A DNA stretch of 64,000 nucleotides from the NCBI GenBank assembly GCA_951406725.2, contig OX597833.1, positions 37,262,001-37,326,000 of the forward strand, given 5' to 3'. A program made the translations under genes and the position numbers. Below, piece after piece: positions 62,537 to 64,000 of this stretch. Source of the DNA: Octopus vulgaris. Its lineage: Eukaryota. How positions within the stretch are numbered: the stretch's first letter is position 1; every line of letters starts with the position of its first letter. Below the pieces are notes generated by a model that saw only the letters and a program-made list of their open reading frames with translations, was not told where the DNA came from and did no database searches.

Positions 62537-62700
62537 CAGGCCTTGTACATCTGTAGCTTTGAGAACCAGTTTTAAATTTATGTTGTAAAGATATGTTGTA
62601 TATATATTACTTATATAAATATACTTTTTAGAATGACATGTACTTTTAATAGTTAACAAGTTTTCAATCAATTCTGTATGTGTATAGATTCCAAAACAAT
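62537..62700. repeat. Copy 2 of a diverged 165-bp direct duplication
   Basis: acaggccttgtacatctgtagctttgagaaccag...ttccaaaacaat versus acaggcattgtacatctgcagctttgaaaaccag...ttccaaaacaat. Confidence 0.85.
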
Positions 62701-63384
62701 AAAAATACAAAAAAAAAAAAAAAATTATCCAGAACACGTATGACATATATAGTATACATTAAACATTGGATTTTCTCAATTTGTTTGATGATAAACAGTT
62801 TTTAACTCCTTACTTCATATGAGAACTAATTAAAATATGATCCTCACCAAATTACCACCAATTGAGTGGGTAACATATTGGAGTGCCCAGCTCATTCTTG
62901 AATCTATTGCAGACTTTCTATTACACATTTGAACATATTTAATTTGTACATTCTTCAGTAGGGCATGTTACTTGGAATAGATAGTAGATGCTGTCATATT
63001 TTGTTATCTGAGATACCTTAACAGTTTGTTTGGAATAGTATTTCTCTCATTTGTTTAATATCTTGCAATCAAAGCTCATGGAGTTATGCTTACTGAACCT
63101 AATTCATTAGCTGGAATTTTAAAGTTAATTACATTCATTGAATGCTTCCATCTTGAAAGACAGATGTGATTTTCTGTTCTCTTTGTAAACTGAAATGGAA
63201 TTTAAATAAGGGAAGGAATACTGTGAATTGGCAATGTCTGTAGACAAGAAAAGAGGAACTGTCCTTCTTCATATTGTACCACCACAACCATCAGTAATTT
63301 TGGTTATCATACGTGTGTTGCTGTGTAAAATGTGTTTCAGGTTACAATTGTCACACATACTAACATTAAATTATTACATGCATA

Positions 63385-63462
63385 GGCGTGGCTGTGTGGT
63401 AAGAAGCTTGCTTCACAACCACATGGTTCCAGGTTCAGTCCCATTGCGTGGTACCTTTGGCA
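63385..63462 (+). mobile_element. SINE family A head fragment
   Basis: ggcgtggctgtgtggtaagaagcttgctt...ggttcagtccca. Confidence 0.85.
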
Positions 63463-63477
63463 GACCATAGCCATCTA

Positions 63478-63512
<35 letters not shown>

Positions 63513-63868
63513 GATTTTTTAACGGTGGTGCATCAGCGTGGCTGCAGCTCTGAGCTGAAACTACAGAAAAAAAACATGATCTATTATGGCTCCTATTTTT
63601 CTTTTTATTGTCTAAACAAATTTCATCTTAAAGCAACTATTAATTATTAAATAGTGTTGATATGTATCTAGCTTTTAGTTTTACATTCATATTTTGTATA
63701 CTTGTAGTTATTTTATACATTCCTTTTGCTACTGTTGACCACACAACTGGTCGGTACTTTTGTATGTATGTCAAAATAAATGAGACATATTTAGAAATTC
63801 TCAAAGGTAGTATTACTAAAAGGTGTTTGTGGATATATGTTTATGTATGTATTATATATATATATATA

Positions 63869-64000
63869 GGCGCAGGAGTGGCTGTGTGGTAAGTAGCTTG
63901 CTTACCAACCACATGGTTCCGGGTTCAGTCCCACTGCATCGCACCTTGGGCAAGTGTCTTCTACTATAGCCTCGGGCCGACCAAAGCCTTGTGAGTGGAT
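63869..64000 (+). mobile_element. SINE family A (runs off window end)
   Basis: ggcgcaggagtggctgtgtggtaagtagcttgcttaccaaccacatggttccgggttcagtccc. Confidence 0.93.

Noticed and set aside
63869-63945. tRNA genes at SINE heads (also 29627, 57115)
   Set aside because: A/B boxes are present but there is no cloverleaf, and they continue into SINE bodies.

Overview
AT-rich animal genomic DNA made almost entirely of repeats. The SINE/LINE repertoire and the huge (TA)/(TATG) arrays look like a coleoid cephalopod (Octopus-like); this is recognition from memory, not a database match. I find no intact protein-coding gene, and most long ORFs in the track are translations of microsatellites. Transposon content: (i) the 5' end of a LINE whose ORF1 carries PHD-like and CCCH zinc fingers; (ii) a BovB/RTE-type LINE with a 5' inversion and three C-terminal C2H2 fingers; (iii) many copies of a second RTE family with a (GAT)n tail and a PHD-like finger inside the RT region; (iv) CR1/L2-like 3' ends whose tail is shared with a tRNA-derived SINE; (v) a Penelope-like RT+GIY-YIG element with inverted pseudo-LTRs, plus a separate hammerhead-like remnant; (vi) a complete non-autonomous Helitron; (vii) DD34D mariner, maT-like, DD36E Tc1-like, hAT and pogo/Tigger remnants and a decayed Gypsy pol; (viii) three SINE families. 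Non-TE signals are a few minus-strand candidate exons with strong splice sites, short exact local duplications attached to microsatellites, several inverted-repeat structures and a diverged 165-bp duplication. I cannot demonstrate a new biological system here; the findings are testable hypotheses. Boundaries of decayed elements are approximate.
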